From: Nageia nagi
Lineage: Eukaryota; Plantae; Pinophyta
Reading direction: 5' to 3'
Length of the DNA: 64,000 bases
Assembly (NCBI GenBank): GCA_050084985.1
Contig: JBITNC010000002.1
Coordinates: 37,572,001 to 37,636,000, forward strand
This document shows positions 22,501 to 34,800 of this stretch, one piece after another; the first letter of the stretch is position 1, and each line of letters starts with the position of its first letter. A program made the position numbers and the translations under genes. The notes under the pieces are model-generated. The model was not told where the DNA came from, did not search any database, and worked only from the letters and a program-made list of their open reading frames with translations.

Positions 22501-25412
22501 AGATTTCCAACTTGAATAATTTGCTAAAGTGGATAGAAAAACATACCATAGAGAAACAATTCAAAGACAGGTAAGTGACATACTAGTACGCTTTACCTTG
22601 CAATAAGGGTAGATGTTGCTGCAAAGTTTGTTTGATGTACAATGCGTGGAGCAGATCCATGAAAGGTGACTTTCCAGAGAGTTCCATGCTTCACCAAAAA
22701 GCTATAGCTCCTTGGTATTTGATTGAATGGCCAAGGGGTGTGATCTTTCCATAAGTCTGTTACGAATACCTGTAAGATTTTATTACTTACATTATTTCAC
22801 AAGTCCGCAGAAAAAAACATGCAAGTAGATTTGTTAACAGTAGAATAAGCAAACAAACATATACATCAGCACTTTAGTTGTCCTCTTGCTAAGAATATGG
22901 TACAGTTGGTTTCCATATTCTTGCAAAGCAACAATTCCCATAACAGCAATCTGATTTGTGAGTTCGGTACAAGTTTTGATGTTGAAACAATATCAGTGTA
23001 TAATAATATTGACCAATCTATACCCACAGGCAAATCTGGCTATATTGTTAGGTCAATCAATCAACATCTTGTGGATCATGGCCCCTCAGTTGATAATGCT
23101 AAAGGCTAATCAAAAGATTTATTTATGTAGTTCATGAAACATACTGGCTTCTCCAAAAATAATGTTCCAGGTCATCCTACCAAATCCGTTCTCCTTCCTG
23201 TGACCGTAGATTTTACAGACCAACATAGTCCTGGCACACTAGGTGAATCTCAGGGTGTTAAAAAATCAGATGAATTTTCTCCAATTTAATCTATATGTGA
23301 TATTTGAGAGTTACTTATACACTTGTGTAAGAGGAACATTCTGATTACTAAAGTTGCAAATGTACATCAATCTCGAGGGTCTAGCATCAGTATGTCTGAT
23401 TTACAAAATGAAATATTACCAGTCAATGCTAGGTTTCGCATAATTTATATTTCAAATATTCAGTTGACATACAATATTCATGGACATACACACTGGAGCT
23501 GCTCATGAAATTGAGACTTTAGGTGTTAAAAGAGGAAAACAATCATGATAAATTGCAGCCAGTTCAAGACCTTCGTAATACAAAAATTTTGATTTCAATC
23601 TCTGTCTGACGAACATATGTGGTTTCTCTGTAATTTTAAAAGAGCAGGTCATTATAACTGCCAATTCAAGACCTTCTAAAGACCAATATTTTGATTTAAT
23701 TCTGTCTTAAAAACATATGATTGCTGCAGTTTCTCTATGATTTTACAAGGGCAGGTCATCATAATTTAATCTACAACAGCTCAAATTAAAACTTGCTCTT
23801 ACTGGGCTTGCATTGTTACGGATAAATATGTTTGGATTGACTGCATTGGGAAAGATCAACATTGAAGATGAAAACTTTATCATCAATGTCAACAAATACA
23901 AGAGTAAAAAGAGAAATTGAAATCATATTAATATCTGAAAAAGTACCAATGAACGTCACCCATAAGGATTCAGGCCCTTTGTGGACCTAATTTTTATTAC
24001 AAGTCCATATCAATAAGAGAAATCAATCTTGAAATTATTTGATGTCCAGAAGTGACAAGAGCAGGTCTTGTAACAACTCAAGGTCACACTGAAATTATAT
24101 CAATGTCAACAAATGACAAAAAATAGGTCTCAAAGAACTCAAGAAAGGTAGGTTTTAAAGAACTCAAGCCCTTTGCAGGCTTAGGTCATGATCTCATAGA
24201 GAAATTTTATTTTGCAAGAGGTCCCATTTTACAAATAAATCGTCTGCTAAAATTTCCACTTGTGTTTTGTTCCTACTAATAAATAGTTTTCAAGAGAAAA
24301 CACGGAAAAATTTGGGGAGGAAGAGAAATTTTTGTTAGGAAAAGTAAGTAAAGTTTTGGAGTGAAGACGTGAGAATTATGTATTGCGATAATTGACTATT
24401 TTTATCATGCACATTTTCGAACACTTTCCCTACCTGTTAAATGTGTTCTTCCTAAATATTGCCTCTCCTATGTTCTAAGGCTAAAATTGCAACCTTAGCA
24501 GAAATCCACATGGTTAAAGTACACTAGAAACACTAACTCCGTTTGAATAGAAGCTGAAAACCTCTCATGGAACCTTGCAGTTAGTTTTCGTTTAACTCTA
24601 CCAACAATATAAACAAAAGCATTGCCCAAAGTGAAAAGAGAAACTATTAAAAACAAGGAAGCCTTATGAGGTTAATTTTTATGAATCCATTATCCATATA
24701 TACAAAGGCAATGCAAAATCAAAATCAAAATTTTGAAATTGTGTTAACGTCCATAAATGACGTAAGATCTTACACCAATCAAGCAGCTTATAGAGTAAAA
24801 TCAATGAAATTAAAACTATATTAATGTCAACAAATGACCAAAGAATATGTTACAAAAACTGACCTTGTACTCGTCACCAAACTCTTGCTCAAAAGCAGCC
24901 TTGATGGCCTCTGCTGAAGCCCTGTGTCCACCACCTGTATCACTCATAAGAATGAGGACCTTCTTAACACTCTCTTCACACTTGATCTCACTTCCATTGT
25001 CACCAACCCCCAACCCCCTGGAACTAGAATCACCATCACCCCGTGAATCATTATTACCACCCACTATGGAAGCACTAGCAAAACCAAAGGACGATGGCAA
25101 TCTCTCACAGTGCAACCTCACAAACTGATTGAAGCAATGCCTCCAGCTCCAACCAATCCCATTCACAATACAACAACCGCTCACAGGATAATTCAATGAA
25201 ATGTTTCTACCATTCCTTTGAGAAGGAATGACTGTGACCCTGCCATCTGGGCACCATGGTGATGGCCCCACTACTTCAGGGAGGAGAAGTGGGTGTACCA
25301 GTTTTGAATTGATCTGATGATGATATGGCCTTAAACACCAAACAATTGAGAAAGAAGCGATGCTGTTAATGCATACAGAGGCATCATGAGCACCAGATAC
25401 TGAAGTGGGCAT
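10515..25412 (-). CDS. MGD1: Monogalactosyldiacylglycerol synthase (chloroplast, type A/MGD1-like, GT28); exons 1-7 joined, 3' exon outside the window
   Basis: Exons 25412-24864, 22769-22597, 15243-15082, 14934-14793, 14662-14438, 13332-13270 and 10589-10515 join in frame (1389 nt, 463 aa), all at GT-AG junctions. Motifs: [102 protein letters not shown]. The N-terminal extension looks like a transit peptide. Confidence 0.95.
13270..13332 (-). CDS. MGD1: MGDG synthase exon 6
   Basis: GTGCAG|[21 protein letters not shown]|GTAATT; 63 nt. Confidence 0.93.
14438..14662 (-). CDS. MGD1: MGDG synthase exon 5
   Basis: CTCAG|[36 protein letters not shown]...[23 protein letters not shown]|GTATTT; 225 nt. 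Confidence 0.95.
14793..14934 (-). CDS. MGD1: MGDG synthase exon 4
   Basis: CATAG|[47 protein letters not shown]|GTCATT; 142 nt. Confidence 0.95.
15082..15243 (-). CDS. MGD1: MGDG synthase exon 3
   Basis: TTCAG|[54 protein letters not shown]|GTGGGT; 162 nt. Confidence 0.95.
15527..15664. repeat. ~70-bp tandem duplication in intron 2
   Basis: GGAAGCTCAGATTTCAA.ATTG.ATTGTCC...GTGCTATTACTT.AGTGGA occurs twice. Confidence 0.75.
17261..17875 (-). mobile_element. 5'-truncated LINE 3' end, same family as 26331-30460
   Basis: Plus-strand AAAGAAAGAAAATATATTAATGT...CAAAAGCGG matches 26336-26381; minus translation CPIYYEI*GRYHCLF...[15 protein letters not shown]. Confidence 0.85.
20310..21305 (+). 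mobile_element. Solo LTR of the 31389-36891 Gypsy family
   Basis: TGTGATGCCCC...TTACA; shares GCCTCATTGTTGGATATAC, CCCTAGGTGCAGCAT, GGAGGGCTCCTT and TTGGCTCCTTGGAGGCCAAC with the paired LTRs. Confidence 0.85.
21664..21745. repeat. Direct repeat, ~30-bp core, 52-bp period
   Basis: CAGCCAGCCATCTCAACAC(A/G)CATCTCCAA-like core occurs twice. Confidence 0.75.
22597..22769 (-). CDS. MGD1: MGDG synthase exon 2
   Basis: TTACAG|[58 protein letters not shown]|GTAAAG; 173 nt; absent from the ORF track, translated by hand. Confidence 0.95.
23556..23764. repeat. ~103-bp tandem duplication in intron 1
   Basis: GCCA.TTCAAGACCTTC...TTTTGATTT...AACATATG...GCAGGTCAT.ATAA occurs twice. Confidence 0.75.
24864..25412 (-). 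CDS. MGD1: MGDG synthase exon 1 (ATG at 25412; transit peptide and [13 protein letters not shown])
   Basis: [10 protein letters not shown]...[13 protein letters not shown]...[34 protein letters not shown]; donor AAG|GTCAGT; 549 nt, phase 0. Confidence 0.92.
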
Positions 25413-26142
25413 TATTTGTTTTTTCCTCGAAACCAAATTCCAATAAAAAACAATTTTTCCGAGTGATTATAGCTCATGGATAGCACTCAGGAGAGCATTT
25501 CTGTGATTTTAACTCGTGGGTATCATTCAGGTGGGCAATTTTGAAGCATAAATTGAAACCCATGTGTAGATTGGTACGTATAAAATCAATGTTATTGTTC
25601 TCCTATGATTGCAGTGACCATTGAGATTTCTCGAAGTAGAGAAAAAGATAATGGAAGTGGGTAAAGACATTTCCCGGTTACCATTCCTCTTGACAGTTAC
25701 TTGAACATTGGGGATTCAATCTACAGAATCCTCCAAAGGATAGAGATGGATTATGGTCTTTAATTTTATTGGGTATATTAGGGGTCCTCTGAGCAACATG
25801 TGGTTTGTTGGGATTGTTCAAAACAATGTTCGCAGTTCAGATTTGTTAATATGGGATGGGCTTTCCTTAGGACAGAACTATGAGAGTTTGGAATATTTTG
25901 TGTGGTCCAGGATGGCGTGGTGCCCACTGATTTTCTGCAGAATGTCAACCAAATCTGGGGCGGCTATGAGTTATTTGGACCGGAAATCACGTTTAGGTTG
26001 TGCTTAGTTCTTATAAAATTGTCTGAAAGGACGGTGAGAGGATTCATGCTATAATTTGTAGAAAAAAGGCAAAAAGGGAACATAATACTATAGATTAAAA
26101 GCAATGGAAAGAAATCAACTACTTTGGTATGTTCAATGTAGA

Positions 26143-26216
26143 TGGACTCTCATGAATATTTCACATAATTTATTAAGATTGGACTCTCATGAATATTTCA
26201 CATAATTTATTAAGAT
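26143..26216. repeat. Perfect 37-bp tandem duplication upstream of the MGDG synthase gene
   Basis: TGGACTCTCATGAATATTTCACATAATTTATTAAGAT x2, ~730 bp upstream of the ATG. Confidence 0.9.
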
Positions 26217-26330
26217 ATAAACTAATATATTTATATATAGAGAGTTAAGTGAGTTGGTAAATTTTGGATATGAAATTTTTCATATAATGTTAAGGGAGTC
26301 TCAGGTTTCAATCTTATTTTCTATAGATTG

Positions 26331-29300
26331 AAAAAAAGAAAGAAAGAAAATATATTAATGTTCACAGATGATCAAAAGCGGTTAATAGGATTGAAGAGTG
26401 TACAAGTCTAAAGTAGCATGAAGGGTTTACTGGCTCTCACTCAAAGCAAACTAAAAATCTAAGAACAATATAGGGATTAGTCCTTAGAAGGGGATAAGTA
26501 GTCAAATAGAGAAGCATAAGAAGCAAATAGGGTTAGAGGGGAGGTCTCTCATGATCTTTCTGACTATGCACTCCTGGATTGGTCTGTGTTTGTATCAACA
26601 TTACTGTAGCTAAAGAAGGTTGTGATCCATTGCAACCTCATAGAACTAAGGTCAGCATGCACCCTTTATCTAGTACATTGAGTATGCCAAGGTGGGTTGT
26701 CAATCCTTTGCCTACGAATTCCCTCTCTTAAGGTAATTAGGAAGAAAGAGGTAATCAAGCGATCCCTTGTTAGGTGTTGAGAGTTAGATAATAGACACTT
26801 CCTAAGAAGGAAAGTCTCTCTGAGATAGAGTGCTAAACATCAATAGTCTAGGAATTGAAAGAATGTTGAGATCAAGCTATATGCATCCCAAAAAAGACAC
26901 TGATACCGCTCCTGAATCTCATAATATACCAAACATCAAAAGATGAAATTATCTTCAGTCTCAAGCTCTATCAAACATAACTAGTAAACTTAAAGCTCAC
27001 GTGTTAAGTGGTGATTCGACTTGATTCGAAGCTAATGGGAGCACACTCTGAACTAGCCTAGGAACATCAGCAAGACAATAGGGAGGAGTAAACTGACATA
27101 AGCGTGAGGACGAATCAACCCTCTATTAATCCTTAGGAAGTGATGTGAGTAATGCAGCAACTTGGGTGTGAGGGGAGATTAGGGGGTAACCTAAGTGTTG
27201 GAATGTATAATGCATTATTTGTAAAAGTTTTGTAATAATCTTCTATGTAAGTTCACTAATACTTAAGGGTATCATTTGATACCTTAAGTATTTAAGTGAA
27301 TATGATAATGTAACTTGTCCTACACTCCATGTCATGAGCATGTCTTTGGGTAAATGGATGTGTATGTCATGCTTTTGTACATTAGATAAAAGGGTGATTC
27401 AAAGAGGGATTTTGGCCTATAAATAGAAGGCTCCCTCTTTGTGATTACACATCAATTGTGGAATAAAGCTATGCTATAGGATAGTGGTTAGGAGAAAAGA
27501 GTAGGAGGATTGTAAGAGTTCATATTTGTTAAGAAAAGAGATCTAGTTAGTGGATTTACTCCTAGTTGGAGGAACCACTTACATCTTGTGCTATCTTTGT
27601 GAGATTGCTTTGTGAGTTAGTTAGATGTGTTTTGTGAGCTTTCATGAGATTTTGAAGATATATAGTTATTTAGTTTATAGTTCAACTCTCTCACTAAGTG
27701 CACTAAATATAGGCCCTATAAAGCATGTCTCTGATTGAAGCCAATGTAACATTAGGATCTCTGCCAATGTGTCCCTGGGATATAGGTAACTAGTTCGATG
27801 AAAACCTGAAGCGTTGCAATGCCTTGAAGACCTCAATGAACAAACACCAATGACAACCTTGAACTATCAAGTCCATGGACAATGCTAAGGATCTGTAGGG
27901 GAGTCGATCATCTCGATTTGTAGAAGCAAAGGTGTGGAGACAATGAAGAAAGAGGACCATTAATGCAAGGGACCGTATCTATAAAGGTTGGTAGCCAAAC
28001 TCTACCAACATAATGTGATGCAAAACAGACCTCTTGCTCTGAATAGAGTAGGATAGGGTGCTAACCAAGAGCCTCTTGACTATGGCCCAATCTAAGCTCC
28101 TAAAGCTAGGGCCCCAAACCTCATAACTATATAATAATGTGGGAGTGACCAAAGTGTAGAATAACTAGAGCTTGGATGGTATATCTTGGAAATGGAGTTG
28201 GGCACACTATCTCTCCATGGAGAAAATTATTGCATATCCATGTTGAACTTTGGTGGGGCTATCACTCGCATAGAGAATCAAGGTCCCATGAAGAGCACTC
28301 CTAGGTAGGTGTAAGATGTGGCGATCTCAATAGCCCTATCTCTGTAAGTGATATGAGTATGATCAATAATGGCCTTTGAGGTGTTGAAGATCATAATATT
28401 GGTTTTATTGAGATTAACCACCAAGTCTTATCTAGTGTTGAACAAATCAAGGGTATCTATCAAATGCTAAAGACCTTCCACTGTGTGAGAGAGTAGTACA
28501 ATGTCATCAGTAAATGGAAGATGGGGACACAAGTGTGGTGTAGAAGACACTCGATGTCGATGCTTGCAATCTCGAGTATAAGTGATTCCAGCTCATCAAT
28601 ATAGAGGCCAAAGAGAGTCAAAGAAAGTGGGAAATTGTGTTTCACCTTGATGGTGCTATGAATCACGTCAAATAGACCTTTATACTACGCACCCTCCTTG
28701 AAATTGACTCATATAGAGTTAAGATGGCTGTAAGGCCTAGCTCGAGGATCCCCAATCAATTGAGTCTATCCATGAGTCTATGATGTAGGATGATATCAAA
28801 ATCCTTCCTCAAATCTACAAAATAGCTGAAAACTAAGATCTTCTAAAACTTAGCCTCCTCAATAATCATACAAAGAGTGAGGATGTGGTTGATGGTGTGG
28901 TGATCTCTACAAAAACTTGCCTTTCCTCCTATCTTAAGGCCTCTAGCGTATGCCAACTGAGATGTGTAGTGCTCAAGAGTAGTGGCATAAAGCTTGGACA
29001 TAGTGTGGCCAATCATAATGGTGCAGTACTTGCTTGAGTTACATGGGTCACTTGATTTGTGGATGGGATGGATAATGTTCATAGTCTAGGGGGTAGGGAA
29101 GCCAATGCAAATGATGGTGTTGAAAAGATGGGAGAGGAAGGGGGGAAGAATAGAACTAGCATGTTTGAGATATTTGACTTGAAGGTTTTCGATGTGAGGT
29201 GCTTTCCCAGAATTAAGCTTACAGGTGGCTTTATGGATGAGGTTAGGGGAGAAGAAGTCAAAGGAGGAAAGGCAAGTGATAGTGAGTGAAGGGATGTGTT

Positions 29301-30460
29301 TTGGAATAGTGTAGAGCTTAGAGACAAAAATGCTCCAATCATGTAAGGTGATGACGCTAGTGTGATGTTGTTTAGGTGAAAAAGAGCACCAAAAAGATTT
29401 GGGATCGATGTGGAGTGTCAAGATGATATCTTGCAATTTTTTGGCCAAGAAGTGATGCTTCTTGGTCCTTAACAATCGATGGTAAGAGCAATGCAAGGAA
29501 TGGATGACATGAGGGGGGTTTACGAAGGTGATGGCTAGATTTACATTCCATATCGAACCATTGGTTCATCAGAGAGTGGCTAAGATGTTGGGGACAGGGT
29601 GGAGGGTGGGTGGTATGAGGGAAAATCTGCATGATAGTGAAGTGTAGGGTCTTAGAAAGGAAAAGCACCTGGTCATTGATGGAGGAGAAAGAGTGCATGT
29701 GGGAAAGTTTTTATTTTAAGATAAAGTTATAATTGGGGGCAAAATCTCAATCGAAGTTGATGACCATACAATGTATGGGAGGGGAGGGTGATGGGTGGAC
29801 ATGAGGGTGATGGGTGGACATGGGGGTGATGGGGGGGTAGTCTATGAGTGAAAGTGTCATGTGGGCATGGTCAACAAGAGGGAGATAAGGGGCTACACAA
29901 AATATCTGACATAAGGGGACAAGTGGGGGGTTAACAAGGATGTAGTCCACAACATTAGATCCACCTATGTGAGGAAAATATGTGTGATGATAAGAGTAGG
30001 GAAATCAAGCAATACGATTCAAAATGATGAGGTCATGGGTCTCTCCAAGCTCAAGGAGAGATCTCCCATAGAAGGATGTAGGCATAGTATCATCGAATGC
30101 TCATTAGAGCTCAACATCCATCTCGAGGGATCAAAGATGTAAAGGATATGCCTGCTCATCAAAATCTACGTATGGAGACTCCTTGTCCTACCATTGAATT
30201 CCCATGCCAAGATGATATCCCCTTGCACTGTATACTTAGAGATCTCTAGAAGGAGGTATAGGAATAGTGACTCACCATCTCCATGGATGGCATAATGTGA
30301 GGTCACTGGAGGGAAATAACAACTTGCTATGTAGAGTCTCCAAAGAGGTGATGGTCTCACAATGGATAACCAAATATATCATGCATGCATGTCGATCCCC
30401 TCCATCTATATCCCATAATGCAAGTGATCACTAACCAAGAAGGCTACCCCTCCTTTATCA
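26331..30460 (-). mobile_element. Decayed LINE, RTE/RTEX-like (APE endonuclease, RT, C-terminal Cys/His motif), with (TTTC)n tail
   Basis: EN: GGVAFLV, YIASCYFPP, GDIILAWEFNGRT, VVDYIL, DH. RT: IIHPIHK, TIMIGHTMSKLYA, TINHILTL, VKHNFPLSLTLFGLYIDELE, FTDD. C-terminus: FRVCSH*LRI...ETEDNFIF*CLVYYEIQERYQCLF. Tail at 26331-26350. Confidence 0.9.
27141..27754 (+). mobile_element. Solo LTR (~610 bp) inserted in the LINE
   Basis: TGATGT...ACATTA termini; CCTATAAATAG TATA near 27417; LINE coding sequence on both sides; weak TSD (GGAAG/GGATC). Confidence 0.6.
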
Positions 30461-30559
30461 TGTGCTTATTAAATGTAAAAAAGTTATGGGACCTTTCAAT
30501 GTCATTACTTCAATCTAATTAAAATATATTTTATGTTAAATTTAGTATTTCTAGAATTT

Positions 30560-31845
30560 ATTTTCACATCTTTCTTAAACATTTTTTTATATATATTCCT
30601 GCAATAGATAAGTCCTTTCATAATATATTTTAAGTATAATTTAATAAATCTTAAAGTATTTGAATTCAATTTATTATGAAAATCTTAATGTATTCAAGAT
30701 GATTTTATTTTACATTATTTTAGGTCTTACTTGTATAACTAAATGTGACATCCCCCTTGTATGATTGTAATTAATTATGGAATCCAACAAAGTCCTCTTG
30801 TAATATATTTTATTATTGTATTATACTTACATGTTTATAACTTGGGATAGAAGATTTAATGGGTCAATGGACCCCATTATGAGCCCCAAGTGGGATGTCT
30901 CCCTCCCAAGCTTAGATTAGGTGTTATTGTTCTACTTGGAGATCTCGACCCTGATTATGGGAATCCCAAGGTCTATTATTACGCTTAGATGGATGGATAG
31001 ATACTTATATGCATGTGCTAGCCTTGGGGAGGCTCCCATACCCCAATGTTGGTCTAGTATGACTCTTAGAACCCACACATGACCCCTAGACCAACATGGG
31101 CATGTGCAAGACTCTTAGACCCCCACATTGGTACTTACTGCACCTCATGCCCCCATGTTGGCGTGCCTAACCCCTAGGCACCCATGTTGGGCATTCTAGG
31201 CCCCCATTTTCATATCTTTCTTGAACATTTTTTATATGTATTCATGCAATAGATAAGACCTTTCATAATATATTTTAAGTACAATTTAATAAATCTCAAA
31301 GAATTCGAAGTCAATTTATTATGAAAATATTAATGTATTCAAGATGATTTTATTTTACATTATTTTAGTTTTTACTTGTATAACTAAATGTGACATCCCC
31401 CTTGTATGATTGTAATTAATTATGGAATCCAATGAATTCCTCTTGTAATATATTTTATTATTACGTTATACTTACATGTTTGTAACTTGGGATACAAGAC
31501 TTAATGAGTCAATGGATCCCAATGTGAGCCCTAAGTGGGATGTCTCCCTCCCAAGCTTAGATAGGTGTTATTATTGTACTTGGAGATCTCGACCCTAATG
31601 TGGGAATCCCAAGGTATATTATTACACTTAGATGGATGGATAGATACTTATATGCATGCATTAGCCTTAGGGAGGCTCCCATACCCCCACATTGGCCCAA
31701 CATGACTCCTGGAACCCACACATGATCCCTAGACCAACATGGGCATGCATAAGGCTCCTAGACTCCTATGTTGACACCTAATACACCTCATGCCCCCACG
31801 TTAGCATGCCTAACCCCTAAGCACCCACATTAGGCATTATAAGCC
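30560..31845. repeat. ~645-bp tandem duplication spanning the flank/LTR junction
   Basis: Flank plus CTAAA|TGTGACATCCCCC occurs with its TG at 30744 and at 31389 (offset 645). Confidence 0.9.
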
Positions 31846-34800
31846 CTTGAGAGGCTAATGTTAGGACTAAGGAGCCAAGTGATGACTCCTAAGTGAGATT
31901 CGAATAGAGTCGAATGTATAAAGAGACATTGGAGCCTCATTATTGGATATACCTAATTATACTATTATCTCTTGATATTTTTTGATGGATCAAGTCTTAG
32001 TGGTGCTAATAAATCCCCTAGGTGCAGCATTTAGGAGGGTTATCAAGCTGAGGGATCTTATTAGTCTATGGTATTGGTGTAGCACCCTTTCCCATCTGGT
32101 GGTATTCCAAGGTTATGCTTATACCTTCAATGGTTTATAGGATCAGAGGAGGGCTCCTTTGATGGAGAGGATTCAAGTTCTAAAGGAGTAATATTATCCC
32201 ATGGTTCCATCATCAATCTAATGGTGCAAGACATTAGATTATGACCTAATTGGTTCTTTAGAGGCCAACATCTTCCCTATTGGGCTTGGTGTTGTATTAT
32301 TGAGCATTATACATCTTATATACAATTATTTGGGCATTAGATCTAATATTGTATTGTTCTTGTATCCATTATTGCCATGTTATGGTGTTTATGTCCATTT
32401 ATGCATGTATGAACCAGAAGTTGGCATTATGAAGGTTTATACTTTGATATTTGCTTGTATTCTAGGTGTTGTATGAACTTGTAGTGGATTCCCTAGCTTA
32501 GACATTACCAATAATGTGTTATGAATGCTTAATCTTGATGCCCTAGGCTTGACTTCAAGGTTTTTGTAATTGAATTTGTTGATTTTACACTTAAGTTGTA
32601 TTTGTATCCTTGTAGTGGTATCAGAGCTTAGATTGGACACCCTATGCATGAGACCTATAGTACATCAATATTACACCAGATTTAGCACTCGAAGAGAGAT
32701 GATGTTCGCAAGAAAGAGTGGAAAGTCACACACAAAAGAGACTCCCTCTAGGGTCATCCATGAGGAAGACCATCGATAGTGGATGAATGAGGTGTAAAAA
32801 GAAGGAGCATTTGAAGAGGAAGAAGAGGTAATGAGGGAGAGATAGAGGGCTATCATGAGAAGGATCTCAACTTCAATTCAAGATTCCACCCTTGAATAAA
32901 AGTTTAATGAGCTCATTTCAACCATTCACAACATGTTTGGAGTCATTACCACTACCTAATAATAACTAAATGGGCATATGGGGCTTGATAGATTAGCCCT
33001 CCATGTCATACTAGAGATGATAGAGAAAAGGTGCATGAGGAGGATAGGGCATAATGGGAGCTAAGTATGAGGAGATACCATAGTTTGAGAGATCAGGAGT
33101 TGACTCATCATGGATCTATGTGGCATCTAAAACCCAAATTTTTGAGATCCTATTCACATCAGGCACCCTAGGGTACAAACCCTCTCCTAGAGAGGTACCT
33201 AAAGAAGCATGTTGGTAGGATGGAGGAACAACTTATCATCCCCATGTCATCCAAATCCATGTTCGTAAAGAAGATCAAAGAGGAGATGAAGAATAACATT
33301 CCTAGCCCATTGGAGTTGAATCAAATTTTCAAGGAGTTACATGTTGGATCCGTGGTTGATGAGAGATGTAAACTTCAATAGCTACTTTAAAGGGGAGCAA
33401 TTCACATGATCCACACACTTCCAACAACTCATGGGGTGATAAGAGAGACCTGTAAAAGATTAATAAGATGCAAATGTAGATGTATGATGGGAATCACATG
33501 ATAGTTAGAGCATGGTTGCATTAGTTGCAAACTTATTTCACCTTGAGTCCTAACATGGTGCAGGAGGATGTAATTCACTTAGAATCTTTACATTTTGAGG
33601 TAGTGCCCTAGAGTGGTGGTACCATGGAGTGATTAGCTAGGGTTACTCACTCATCACCTCCTTTAATGAGTTTGCTCAGCAGTTGGTTAAGAGGTTTGAT
33701 CAGAAGGAGAATGACTACATTTGAGATTGACATCATTGAGATAGCATGGAGCGATTGATAAGTATGTGTCAAAGTCTTAGAAGATTGTAGTCATGATCCA
33801 CCACATTCCAAAGGAATACTTAACATTCCTCTTCATTGAGGGTTTGATAGAGCCATTGCAAGGAATGGTCAAGGTGTCCTCCCCTAAGAACCTTGCTGAT
33901 GTTATTCGGGTCGCATATGATCTTGAGCTAATAGTGAAATACCTCAAGGGAGGGTAGATGTATAGAGGGCCAGTCACACAGAAGCCTTTTACTAACAAAT
34001 AAGGGCCTAGTAAGGTCAAACCTTTTTGTCCACCTCAAATGAACCATTTAGATGTAGTTACATGGAGGAAGTTGAGAGAGGAAGGTAAGTGCTTTTTATT
34101 GTAAGAAGACTTGGGAGCCAAGGCACCATTATCAAGGCAAGGGATAGGTGCATTACATAAAGGTATTTTCAAAGGATGAATCAAATGATTTGAATTTGGA
34201 AATTAGAGTAGATGCCCCAAATCTAGAGGCACCATGGGCAAAGGGCACATTAGGGAGCATGGTTGCTTCACTACATGGGGTGAAGAAGTACCTCACATTG
34301 AAGGTTATGGGGCAAGTGGATGGTCAGGATGTGATGGTCTTGATCAATCCAAGAGCATCCCATAACTTCATCGATGCAAGCTTTATGGAATGGAAGAATC
34401 TAAAGGCCAAATTGGTCTAAGGATTTAGAGTTTCCAATGTAAATAGGAAACTCATGCTTGTAACCCACATCATTGAGAGGTTTGGAGTGAGATTGTAGAG
34501 TTGTATAGTGAGGGAGAACTTTTATTTCTACCCCTTGAAGGGACATCCTCACATTATCCTAAGAGTGTAATAGTTGTTTGATTTGGATGATATTCACACT
34601 AATTATCATAAACTCACTATGACTTTCTAGATTGATGGGAAGACCCATATACTGCATGGAATTAGAAATGATTGTCCATAGGTGGACAATAAGTGTTTAA
34701 AGGTTATTTAGTAGTGCCAAAAGAAGGAGGAAGTAGAATATAGGACTACGTTATATGAGGAAGGGATCCGATAGGAGAAGAGGAGCATTAGGGAGCTCCC

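Noticed and set aside
24847-25128. 93-aa plus-strand ORF
   Set aside because: Antisense shadow of exon 1 with no independent support.
24816-25436. ORF-track start at 25436 and tail [15 protein letters not shown]
   Set aside because: The start is TTG; the first in-frame ATG is 25412, and the tail is intron sequence past the GT donor at 24863.
25760-26216. Canonical P1BS sites or a TATA box in the gene's promoter
   Set aside because: Only 7/8 matches (GTATATTA, GAATATTT) were seen, and no convincing minus-strand TATA box.
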